From: Actinomycetales bacterium
GTDB taxonomy: Bacteria > Actinomycetota > Actinomycetes > S36-B12
Direction: 5' to 3'
Length of the DNA: 64,000 nt
Assembly: GCA_016125355.1 (NCBI GenBank)
Contig: WGLX01000010.1
Span: forward strand, 58,402-122,401
The notes beneath the pieces were generated by a model. It saw only the letters and a list, made by a program, of their open reading frames with translations. It did no database searches and had not been told where the DNA came from. Shown in pieces: positions 48,348 to 56,260 of this stretch (the stretch's first letter is position 1; every line of letters starts with the position of its first letter). The translations under genes and the position numbers were made by a program.

Positions 48348-49437
48348 TTCCGTGATCCACGTGCACGCGGAGCGCGAGTACGACGTCGTCATCGGGCACG
48401 GCCTGCTCGGCCACCTCGGCGGCATGCTCCTCGGCGCACAGCGGGTGGCGGTCATCCATCCCGGGGCGCTCACGGCATCGGCGGAGGCGATCCGCGACGA
48501 CCTCCAGGACGGTGGCTTCGACGTCACCCTCCTCGAGGTGCCCGAGGCCGAGGACGCGAAGACGGCGGAGGTGGCGGCCTTCTGCTGGGAGGTGCTCGGC
48601 ACGGCCGGATTCACGCGCAGCGATGCAGTGGTGGGTCTCGGTGGCGGCGCCACGACCGATCTGGCGGGATTCGTCGCGGCGACCTGGCTCCGGGGCATCC
48701 GCGTCGTCCAGGTGCCGACCACGCTCCTGGGCATGGTCGACGCAGCGGTGGGCGGCAAGACGGGCATCAACACGGCTGCGGGCAAGAACCTGGTCGGGTC
48801 CTTCTGGAGCCCCGGCGGTGTCCTGTGCGACATCAACGCGCTCGACACGCTGCCCCGCAACGACCTGCTCGCCGGGATGGCCGAGGTGGTGAAGGTCGGG
48901 TTCGTGCGCGACACCACCATCCTCGACGACGTCGAGCGTGACCCCTTCGCGGCCACCGACACGACCGGCGACCTGCTTCCCGACCTGATCCGCCGGGCGG
49001 TCCAGGTGAAGGCGGATGTCGTCGGTGCGGATTTCCGGGAGTCGTCTGCGACGTCGGGAGACGGCAGCATCGGGCGCGAGGTGCTCAACTACGGGCACAC
49101 CTTCGGGCATGCGGTGGAGCGGCGGGAGCGGTACCGGTGGCGTCATGGCGCCGCGGTCTCCGTGGGCATGATGTACGTCGCCGAGCTCGCGGCCCTCGGG
49201 GGACGGTTGTCCGAGGCGGACGTCGACCGGCATCGCCGGGTGCTCTCGGCCCTCGGTCTGCCCACCACGTACTCGGGTGGGCACTGGCAGGAGCTGCTGG
49301 CGACGATGTCCATCGACAAGAAGGCTCGGGGGTCGCTGCTCCGCTTCGTGGTGCTGCAGGGCATCGGCCACCCGGTCATCTGGGAGGGCCCCGATCCGGC
49401 CCTGCTGGCGGCCGCGTACGCAGCCATCAGCTCGTGA
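48340..49437 (+). CDS. aroB: 3-dehydroquinate synthase
   Basis: GGGATTDLAGF, PTTLLGMVDAAVGGKTG, LNYGHTFGHA, DKK. Confidence 0.96.
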   Translation: MADSVIHVHAEREYDVVIGHGLLGHLGGMLLGAQRVAVIHPGALTASAEAIRDDLQDGGFDVTLLEVPEAEDAKTAEVAAFCWEVLGTAGFTRSDAVVGLGGGATTDLAGFVAATWLRGIRVVQVPTTLLGMVDAAVGGKTGINTAAGKNLVGSFWSPGGVLCDINALDTLPRNDLLAGMAEVVKVGFVRDTTILDDVERDPFAATDTTGDLLPDLIRRAVQVKADVVGADFRESSATSGDGSIGREVLNYGHTFGHAVERRERYRWRHGAAVSVGMMYVAELAALGGRLSEADVDRHRRVLSALGLPTTYSGGHWQELLATMSIDKKARGSLLRFVVLQGIGHPVIWEGPDPALLAAAYAAISS

Positions 49438-49456
49438 CCCGCGTATTGTCCTCGCC

Positions 49457-49894
49457 ATGCGTCGCGTCTACGTCCTCAACGGCCCGAACCTGAACCGGCT
49501 CGGCACGCGTGAGCCGGAGATCTACGGGAGCACCACCTTCGCCGACCTGATCGCCGCATGCGTCGCGGAGGGTGCGGACCTGGGGCTCGATGTCGAGGTG
49601 CGCCAGACGAATGACGAGTCCGAGCTCATCGACTGGATCCATCGGGCCCAGGACGAGCAGGCGCCGGTCGTGCTGAACCCGGCCGCCTTCACCCACTACT
49701 CCTACGCCCTGCGCGACGCCTGCGCCATGCTGACCGTCCCGCTGGTCGAGGTGCACATCTCGAATCCGGCATCGCGGGAGGAGTTCCGGCACCACTCGGT
49801 GATCTCGGCGGTGGCCACCGGCACGATCGCCGGGTTTGGGATCGATTCCTACCGACTCGGCCTCCGCGCCGTCGCAGCGGGACTCGAGGGATGA
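49457..49894 (+). CDS. aroQ: Type II 3-dehydroquinate dehydratase
   Basis: LNGPNLNRLGTREPEIYG, NPAAFTH, EVHISN, REEFR. Confidence 0.96.
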   Translation: MRRVYVLNGPNLNRLGTREPEIYGSTTFADLIAACVAEGADLGLDVEVRQTNDESELIDWIHRAQDEQAPVVLNPAAFTHYSYALRDACAMLTVPLVEVHISNPASREEFRHHSVISAVATGTIAGFGIDSYRLGLRAVAAGLEG

Positions 49895-50970
49895 GCGCGC
49901 CCGTCACCGGGCCGCGTCGCGATCGCCTGCGGGCCCTGCTCGCCGCAGACGGCCGCGTCCCCCTGTTCGTGGTCACCGACCTGGCGAACATCCGGTACCT
50001 CACCGGCTTCTCGGGCAGCAATGCCGTGCTGGTCGTGGGCGCGGACCCCTCAGACGACCTCCTGGGCACGGATGGCCGCTACGTGGACCAGGTGGCGATG
50101 GAGGCGCCGGACCTGCGCACCTTCATCGACCGGGACACGCTCACATCGGTGGTCGGTTCCCTCGCGGCGGGCGACATCGGGGTCGAGGCGAGCCTGACGC
50201 TGGGCGAGGCCAAGGCGCTTGCGGACTCGGGCCACCGGCCGGTCGTCATCGGCGGGCTCGTGGAGGGCCTGCGCTCGATCAAGGACGAGGGGGAGCAGGC
50301 TGCGCTGGCACGGGCCTGCGCCATCACGGCACAGGCCTTCGAGGCACTCGCCGGCGACATGCGGCCCGGCACCTCCGAGCTCACGCTGGCGCGTCGGCTG
50401 GAGCAGATCTTCGGCGACCTCGGAGCTGAGGATCGCGCGTTCGACACGATCGTCGGCTCCGGACCCAATTCCGCGATCCCGCACCACCAGCCCGGTGCGC
50501 GCGTGCTGGGTCCGGGTGATCTCGTGGTCGTCGATGCGGGAGCGCGTGTGGACGGCTACCACGCCGACATGACGCGAACCTTCCTCGTGTCCGCCGATCC
50601 GGAGACGTGGCAGCGGGAGATCCACGCAGCCGTCGAGACAGCACAGGCCCGCGCCACCGCCGCCTACCGCCCCGGTGCCGACCTGCGCGAGGTGGACGCC
50701 GTCGCGCGGGACAGCATCGAGGCCGCGGGCTTCGGCGACCACTACACGCACGGGCTGGGACACGGCGTCGGCCTGGTCATCCACGAGGCGCCGATGGTCG
50801 GGGCACGATCCACCGGTACGATGGATGCCGACATGGTGATCACCGTCGAGCCGGGGGTCTATCTCCCAGGGCGCGGCGGAGTTCGCATCGAAGACACCCT
50901 GATCGTCACCGATGCCGGTCCACGGATCCTCACAGAGGCGCCCCGAGGCCTGCGCGTCGTGGGCGACTGA
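49891..50970 (+). CDS. pepQ: Xaa-Pro peptidase (M24)
   Basis: RYLTGFSGS, DGRY, DMTRT, HGLGHGVG, VEPGVY, GVRIED. Confidence 0.92.
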   Translation: MSAPVTGPRRDRLRALLAADGRVPLFVVTDLANIRYLTGFSGSNAVLVVGADPSDDLLGTDGRYVDQVAMEAPDLRTFIDRDTLTSVVGSLAAGDIGVEASLTLGEAKALADSGHRPVVIGGLVEGLRSIKDEGEQAALARACAITAQAFEALAGDMRPGTSELTLARRLEQIFGDLGAEDRAFDTIVGSGPNSAIPHHQPGARVLGPGDLVVVDAGARVDGYHADMTRTFLVSADPETWQREIHAAVETAQARATAAYRPGADLREVDAVARDSIEAAGFGDHYTHGLGHGVGLVIHEAPMVGARSTGTMDADMVITVEPGVYLPGRGGVRIEDTLIVTDAGPRILTEAPRGLRVVGD

Positions 50971-50988
50971 GCCCCAGGAGCACTGCAC

Positions 50989-51552
50989 GTGGCCACCACG
51001 AACGACCTCAAGAACGGACTCGTCCTCAACATCGACGGCCAGCTGTGGACCGTCGTCGAGTTCCAGCACGTCAAGCCCGGCAAGGGCGGTGCGTTCGTCC
51101 GCACGAAGCTCAAGAACGTGCTCACCGGCAAGGTCGTCGACAGGACGTTCAACGCCGGCGTGAAGGTCGAGACCGCCAACGTCGACAAGCGCGACATGCA
51201 GTACCTCTACAAGGACGGCGAGGACTGGGTTTTCATGGACGTCCAGACCTACGACCAGCTGCATGTGCCCGCCGCTGTCGTCGGTGACGCGGAGAAGTTC
51301 CTCCTCGAGAACCAGAACGCGATCGTGGCCACGCATGACGGCGCCCCGCTGTACGTCGAGCTGCCGGCGTCCGTCGAGCTCGTCATCACCTACACCGAGC
51401 CGGGCCTGCAGGGCGACCGCTCCACGGGCGGCACCAAGCCCGCCACCCTTGAGACCGGCGCCGAGATCCAGGTGCCGCTGTTCATCGAGTCCGACACCAA
51501 GGTCAAGGTGGACACCCGGGACGGGTCGTACCTCGGCCGCGTCAACGACTGA
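50989..51552 (+). CDS. efp: Elongation factor P
   Basis: [33 protein letters not shown]. Confidence 0.97.
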   Translation: MATTNDLKNGLVLNIDGQLWTVVEFQHVKPGKGGAFVRTKLKNVLTGKVVDRTFNAGVKVETANVDKRDMQYLYKDGEDWVFMDVQTYDQLHVPAAVVGDAEKFLLENQNAIVATHDGAPLYVELPASVELVITYTEPGLQGDRSTGGTKPATLETGAEIQVPLFIESDTKVKVDTRDGSYLGRVND

Positions 51553-51555
51553 CCG

Positions 51556-51999
51556 GTGTCCGCGCGCAGCAAGGCCCGGAAACGGGCCCTCGACGTGATC
51601 TACGAGGCCGACATTCGCGGTCTCGACGCGGCGGAGGTGCTCCGGGCCACGGAGGCACGGCGATCGGAGGAGGGTCAGGCGGCCATGAACTCCTATGCCG
51701 TGGAACTGGTCGAGGGGGTGGCGGCGCACCGCGAGTACATCGACGAGCTGCTCGGCAGCTACTCGATGGGCTGGACGCTGGAACGCATGCCGGCCGTCGA
51801 CCGCGCCATCCTGCGGATCGGGGCGTTCGAGGTGCTGTGGCGTGAGGACATCCCCGACGCGGTGGCGGTCTCGGAGGCGGTGACCCTCGCCCAGGAGCTG
51901 TCCACCGACGAGTCGTCGTCGTTCGTCAACGGCCTGCTCGGCCGACTGGTGGAGCTCAAGCCGCGGCTCCAGCTGGGCACGGACACCGCGTCGGCCTGA
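51556..51999 (+). CDS. nusB: Transcription antitermination factor NusB
   Basis: ARSKARKRA, WTLERMPAVDRAILR, FVNGLL. Confidence 0.95.
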   Translation: MSARSKARKRALDVIYEADIRGLDAAEVLRATEARRSEEGQAAMNSYAVELVEGVAAHREYIDELLGSYSMGWTLERMPAVDRAILRIGAFEVLWREDIPDAVAVSEAVTLAQELSTDESSSFVNGLLGRLVELKPRLQLGTDTASA

Positions 52000-52038
52000 G
52001 TCGCCGACCGGAGCCCTCACCAGGGTGACGCGTCGCCC

Positions 52039-52524
52039 TCAGCCGAGGCGCGAGGCGTTGAGGAAGATCGTCGTCTGCTCCCCGGCCACCACGACCATGT
52101 TCACCTCGTAGGTGTCGCTTCGGTACGTGTCTGTCGTCTGGGTGTCGTCCTGGATGAACTGGCTCTCCTCACCGAGCTCCGAGACCGGCACGAAACCCTT
52201 CGCGCGCAGCGCCGAGTCGACGGTCGCCCACGCCGTGTCCGCCGGGTCGTCCGAGGACCAGGTCGCGTTCACCGTCTCGCCGCCGTCCAGCACCGTGGCA
52301 CTGAGGACCGTGCCGCCCGGATAGGCGGGCAAGTCGGCGGGCCAGCCCTCGGGCAGGTCCGTCCCGCCGATCGCGATGCCATCCCCGGGGGCGCCGCTCG
52401 TCGACGAGAGGCTCGTCGCGGACGTCGCCCCTGGCTCGGACGTGACACCGGCCTCGTTCGCGCCGGAGCAGCCGGCGGCCAGCAGCGCGACGAGGAGGAT
52501 GGACGGGGCGAGAGTGCGCTTCAC
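52039..52524 (-). CDS. Hypothetical lipoprotein
   Basis: (V)KRTLAPSILLVALLAAGC lipobox; LPEGWPADLP motif; TAGCCT -10 7 nt upstream of the GTG. Confidence 0.7.
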   Translation of the reverse strand: MKRTLAPSILLVALLAAGCSGANEAGVTSEPGATSATSLSSTSGAPGDGIAIGGTDLPEGWPADLPAYPGGTVLSATVLDGGETVNATWSSDDPADTAWATVDSALRAKGFVPVSELGEESQFIQDDTQTTDTYRSDTYEVNMVVVAGEQTTIFLNASRLG

Positions 52525-52560
52525 CCTGCGAAGGCTACGACCCGCGTGCACCGGGGTCGA

Positions 52561-53103
52561 CTACTCGGAGGCGCCCGCTGACGAGTCCCCTGCAGAGGAG
52601 TCGGGACCACCGGTCACGAGCACCACGGTGCCGCCCGAGTCATCGGCCGTGGAGACGTTGATGAGGTAGCCGTTGCCCTTGTAGGACCGGAAGACGGCCT
52701 GGTCGACCTTGCTCTCCGTGTCGAGCGTGTACCCGGCGCCCTCGAGCGTGGCCCCGTAGGCGTCGGCCGCCTCCTGAGGACTGGTATCCGAGGTCCAGCT
52801 GGCCCACACGCCGTCCGGCGCCACCGTCACGACGGTGAGGGTGCCTCCCTCGAAGGGCGGAACCTCGCTCGGCCAGTTGTCCGGAAGGGCGACGTTCTCG
52901 CCCGCCGCCATCTGGTTGCCCTGGTCGTCGGTGATCGTCACGTTGCCGTTGTCCTCGATGTTGACGTCGGCGCCGCTCAGTGCATTCTCCATGGCGGTCT
53001 CGGCCGCCTTCTCCGCGACCTGGCCGCAGCCGGCCAGCGCAGGGGACAGCAGGAGAAGTGCGCTGGCGACCCCGGCCACCGTGCGCGTTCGGATCGTGGT
53101 CAT
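52561..53103 (-). CDS. Hypothetical lipoprotein (paralog of the neighbouring gene)
   Basis: MTTIRTR...PALAGC lipobox; LPDNWPSEVP motif; GGAGG RBS before ATG 53103. Confidence 0.72.
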   Translation of the reverse strand: MTTIRTRTVAGVASALLLLSPALAGCGQVAEKAAETAMENALSGADVNIEDNGNVTITDDQGNQMAAGENVALPDNWPSEVPPFEGGTLTVVTVAPDGVWASWTSDTSPQEAADAYGATLEGAGYTLDTESKVDQAVFRSYKGNGYLINVSTADDSGGTVVLVTGGPDSSAGDSSAGASE

Positions 53104-53248
53104 GGTGTCCTCCCGTGGTCGGCCCCACCCGGCGACCAGCGTAGGCATGACGCCCTCTGCGTTGCACGGCAAATGCACGCGAACGCGGCACTCGGTGCGG
53201 GCGGGGGAGACCGGAAGGGTGAAACACGCCGGACGACGCATGACGGCG

Positions 53249-53303
53249 GACCGATCATCAACACCTAGACTGTTGAGTGCAGTCAGTACGTTGATGACCG
53301 GTC
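53249..53303 (+). promoter_or_regulatory. Promoter with operator-like inverted repeats
   Basis: TCAACA-N7-TGTTGA (53258-53276) brackets the TAGACT -10 (53266-53271); outer repeat GACCGATCATCAAC/GTTGATGACCGGTC matches at 13 of 14 positions. Confidence 0.55.
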
Positions 53304-53312
53304 GGAGGGCGC

Positions 53313-53870
53313 ATGGCGCTGGTCAGGGCGAGGGCGGACCTGCACGGGGGGCTGGTCCACCGGGCAACGGACATGGCCGACCTGAGCCTCGGGTGGCACG
53401 TGCCGAAGTGGGTCGTGGTCGACTTCTCGGACGAGAAGGGCGTGTATCCGGCGATGCGGGTGCGGGCCGAGGTCGTGGGCGCCCGCGACCGCCCCCGCGC
53501 CATCGTGGCCTCCGTGGAGGTGACGGGCGCCCCTGCGGTGACGACGGCCCAGGTGCACGAGCTCGCCAAGCTGATGCCCGACCTGGCGGGACTGGTCCTG
53601 TGGCATGCGGTCGTCGTCGACGTGGTCGTGGACCCGCCGACCCCGGAGGACGTCGTGCGCGTCCTGCGGGCGGCGGCGCGCCAGCCGGAGTTGACGCAGG
53701 TGGAGCGGGAGGACGAGGTGCTCGATCGCTGGGAGCGCGAGTTCCAGCCCCAGGGGATGACGCAGAAGCAGGCGGCCGAGGAGATGGGGCTGGCCCACAG
53801 CTCGTTCCGGAGCTACCTGACCCACGCCCGCGCGCGGGCCGCCGTACGCAGGGAGCAGCAGCGGGGATGA
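53313..53870 (+). CDS. Hypothetical protein with C-terminal helix-turn-helix
   Basis: MTQKQAAEEMGLAHSSFRSYLTHAR resembles an HTH; GGAGG RBS upstream; GC3-rich codon usage. Confidence 0.6.
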   Translation: MALVRARADLHGGLVHRATDMADLSLGWHVPKWVVVDFSDEKGVYPAMRVRAEVVGARDRPRAIVASVEVTGAPAVTTAQVHELAKLMPDLAGLVLWHAVVVDVVVDPPTPEDVVRVLRAAARQPELTQVEREDEVLDRWEREFQPQGMTQKQAAEEMGLAHSSFRSYLTHARARAAVRREQQRG

Positions 53871-53985
53871 CAAGCGAGCTCGGTCTCCGCTCGCTTCGTG
53901 CCCCGGGTGATCACTGCGCTCAACCCGTGACACTCGCTCGGGATGACAAGCGAGCTTGTCCTCCGGTCGCTTCGTGCCCCGGGTG
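53864..53985. repeat. 46-bp direct repeat duplicating the tRNA-Leu 3' end and downstream hairpin
   Basis: 53864-53909 and 53940-53985 match at 42 of 46 positions, with a 30-bp spacer. Confidence 0.85.
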
Positions 53986-54048
53986 GGATTCGAACCCACA
54001 CTGGACGGTGTTTGAGACCGCTTCCTCTGCCGGTTGGGATACCGGGGC
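53975..54048 (-). tRNA. tRNA-Leu(CAA)
   Basis: Reverse complement GCCCCGGTATCCCAACCGGCAGAGGAAGCGGT-CTCAAAC-ACCGTCCAGTGTGGGTTCGAATCCCACCCGGGGCA; short-variable-arm Leu tRNA divergent from pdtaR, as in other Actinobacteria. Confidence 0.92.
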
Positions 54049-54089
54049 GCGTGGCCAAGGGTAGCCGTCTGCCGCCCTAGGCTGGGGGC

Positions 54090-54686
54090 ATGACCTCGAG
54101 CAGCAAGCCGCCGGTGACCGTCCTGGTCGCCGAGGACGAGGCTCTCATCCGTATGGACCTCGTCGAGCTGCTGGGGGAGTGCGGCTACGAGGTCGTGGCC
54201 CAGGTCGCCGACGGCCAGGCGGCCGTCGAGCAGACGCGCCGGCTGCACCCGAATGTGGTGTTCATGGACGTGGCCATGCCCAAGCGGGACGGCCTCTCGG
54301 CGGCCGAGGAGATCATGGCCGAGGGGCTGGCTCCCGTGGTCATGGTCACCGCCTTCAGCCAACGGGAGGTGGTCGAGCGGGCCACGGCCGCCGGCGTGCT
54401 GGGCTACCTGGTCAAGCCCTTCGGACGGGCCGACATCGTGCCAGCCGTCGAGGTCGCGGTGGCCCGCTGGGAGCAGATGCGCCAGCTCGAGCAACAGGTG
54501 GCCGGCCTCCGGGAGCGGCAGGAGGCCCGGGAGGTCGTGGACCGCGCCAAGCGCCTCCTGGAGTCCCGCCTCGGGCTGAGCGAGCCGGAGGCCTTCTCGT
54601 GGCTGCGACGGACGGCCATGGACCGTCGGGTGACCCTTGCGGAGGTTGCCGCCACGGTCGTGGCCCAACCCCCTGAAACGGCATGA
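54090..54686 (+). CDS. pdtaR: ANTAR-domain response regulator (PdtaR-like)
   Basis: VAEDEALIRMDL, MDVAMP, TAFSQR, YLVKPF; ANTAR segment RAKRLL...SEPEAFSWLRRTAMDRR. Confidence 0.9.
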   Translation: MTSSSKPPVTVLVAEDEALIRMDLVELLGECGYEVVAQVADGQAAVEQTRRLHPNVVFMDVAMPKRDGLSAAEEIMAEGLAPVVMVTAFSQREVVERATAAGVLGYLVKPFGRADIVPAVEVAVARWEQMRQLEQQVAGLRERQEAREVVDRAKRLLESRLGLSEPEAFSWLRRTAMDRRVTLAEVAATVVAQPPETA

Positions 54687-54756
54687 AACGGGCCCGTAAG
54701 GTCACAGAATGGTCACGATGCACCAACGAAGTAACACCGCGAAACCCTCGTGTAAC
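54675..54756 (+). promoter_or_regulatory. GlnR-box-like array upstream of the ABC substrate-binding gene
   Basis: GAAAC 54675 and 54685; GTCAC 54701 and 54712; GTAAC 54731, GAAAC 54741, GTAAC 54752; 10-11 bp spacing within each group. Confidence 0.5.
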
Positions 54757-54823
54757 GGACTGTCCCCTAGGGTGGCCGCAATGCGACGGCAGCCGCCGTC
54801 GTTTGTCCTTCTAAGGAGACTGC

Positions 54824-56200
54824 ATGAAGCGCACAACCGTCCTCAAGACGGCTGCGGTGCTGGGCGTGGCCTCGCTTGCTCTGGCGGCCTGCAGTAGCAG
54901 CAGCAGCAGTGAGTCCACTCAGGCGAGCGCAGCCGCCAGCGAGGCACCCGCCTCCGAGATGGCATCCGAGGCGCCCGCCTCCGAGGCCGCCGCGGCGTCC
55001 ACGGGCACTCCGCTGTACCTGGTCGACGGCAACACCGGCAACGCGCTCGGTGAGAAGCTGCCGGCAGGCACCCTGAACGGCGTGAAGGGCACCATCCCCG
55101 GTGCCGAGAACACGCAGGACTTCAAGGATGCCCTGCTCGGCGTCGACCCGAACCTGATCGACTTCGCCTACGCGCCTGAGTCCTACGACGCCGTCATCCT
55201 GGCTGCCCTCGCGGCCGCCAAGGCCGGCTCCGACGCGGGTGTCGACATGGCAAAGGAGATGGTGCCGATCACCAACGGCACCGAGGTCTGCAACGACTAC
55301 GCGGGCTGCATCGAGCTCCTGAAGCAGGGCAAGGACATCGACTACAACGGTCGTTCCGGCGCTGTGAACTTCTGGGCAGCGGGCGACCCGACGAGCGCCT
55401 CGATCGGCGTCTACCAGTTCGGTCCGGACAACAAGCTCCTCCCGGACGTCACGTACCAGCAGGGCGAGATCGTCCCTGAGGGCGACGCGAACCCGATCGA
55501 CGGCAAGCCGCAGGACGGCGCCGGCGACGGCGTGTTCAAGGTCGGCACCTTCCTGCCGATCACCGGCAACCTTGCCTTCCTCGGGCCACCGGAGGTCGCA
55601 GGCGTCAAGCTGGCGATCAACGACATCGAGGCCGCCGGCGGTATCCCCGGATTCAAGAAGGTCGTCCTCGAGGAGGGCGACTCCGGCGACACCTCGACGG
55701 AGACCGGCAAGCAGACCGTCAAGCGCCTGCTCCCGCTCGGTATCGACGTCCTCATCGGTGCAGCCTCGTCCGGCTCCACGCTCCAGGTCCTCGACGAGGT
55801 CACGGGTGCTGGCGTCATGATGATCAGCCCGGCCAACACCTCGCCGGCCCTGACCACCGCTCCGGACCACGGTCTGTACTTCCGCACCGCGCCGTCCGAC
55901 GTGCTCCAGGGCGCGTTCCTCGGCTCCCTCATCCTGCAGGATGGCTACACCAAGGTCGCCATCATGTCGCTGCAGGACTCCTACGGTGACGGCCTGAACG
56001 CCAACGTCACCAAGGCGATCACCGAGGGCGGTGGCGAGGTCGTCGCCAACGTCGTCTACGACCCGACGGCCGCTGACTTCGCCGCTGATGTGGCGAAGAT
56101 CAAGGCTGCCGGCCCGGAGGCGATCGTCCTGATCGGCTTCGACGAGTCCGCTCAGATCATCCAGGAGATGGTCAAGCAGGGCATCGGCCCGAACGCCTGA
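54824..56200 (+). CDS. Branched-chain amino acid-type ABC transporter substrate-binding lipoprotein (circularly permuted)
   Basis: Lipobox LAAC; LivJ-family motifs KVGTFLPITGNLAFLG, IGAASSG, SPANTS, FRTAPSD and DSYG, all in the C-terminal half; AAGGAG RBS. Confidence 0.9.
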   Translation: MKRTTVLKTAAVLGVASLALAACSSSSSSESTQASAAASEAPASEMASEAPASEAAAASTGTPLYLVDGNTGNALGEKLPAGTLNGVKGTIPGAENTQDFKDALLGVDPNLIDFAYAPESYDAVILAALAAAKAGSDAGVDMAKEMVPITNGTEVCNDYAGCIELLKQGKDIDYNGRSGAVNFWAAGDPTSASIGVYQFGPDNKLLPDVTYQQGEIVPEGDANPIDGKPQDGAGDGVFKVGTFLPITGNLAFLGPPEVAGVKLAINDIEAAGGIPGFKKVVLEEGDSGDTSTETGKQTVKRLLPLGIDVLIGAASSGSTLQVLDEVTGAGVMMISPANTSPALTTAPDHGLYFRTAPSDVLQGAFLGSLILQDGYTKVAIMSLQDSYGDGLNANVTKAITEGGGEVVANVVYDPTAADFAADVAKIKAAGPEAIVLIGFDESAQIIQEMVKQGIGPNA

Positions 56201-56214
56201 TCCAGCTCGACCCC

Positions 56215-56255
56215 GATGGGGGCCGCTCCTTCGGGAGCGGCCCCCATCACCTTTT
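56215..56255 (+). terminator. Rho-independent terminator
   Basis: GATGGGGGCCGCTCC-TTCG-GGAGCGGCCCCCATC, a 15-bp stem with a UUCG loop, followed by ACCTTTT. Confidence 0.85.
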
Positions 56256-56260
56256 CCGGT

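Noticed and set aside
53160-53220. GGCAAA followed by a small hairpin, resembling the start of a c-di-GMP-I riboswitch
   Set aside because: It lacks the GNRA loop, the GACGCAAAGC segment and the second stem of the consensus.
53864-53985. Possible minimal CRISPR array (repeat, 30-bp spacer, repeat)
   Set aside because: There are only two imperfect copies, one overlaps the tRNA itself, and no cas genes or leader are present. A tRNA 3'-end duplication explains it better.
54770-54805. Possible ANTAR-target dual-hairpin RNA downstream of pdtaR (CGCAATGCG, CGACGGCAGCCGCCGTCG)
   Set aside because: I could not fit two 3-bp stems with AxxG hexaloops. A covariance-model search would be needed.
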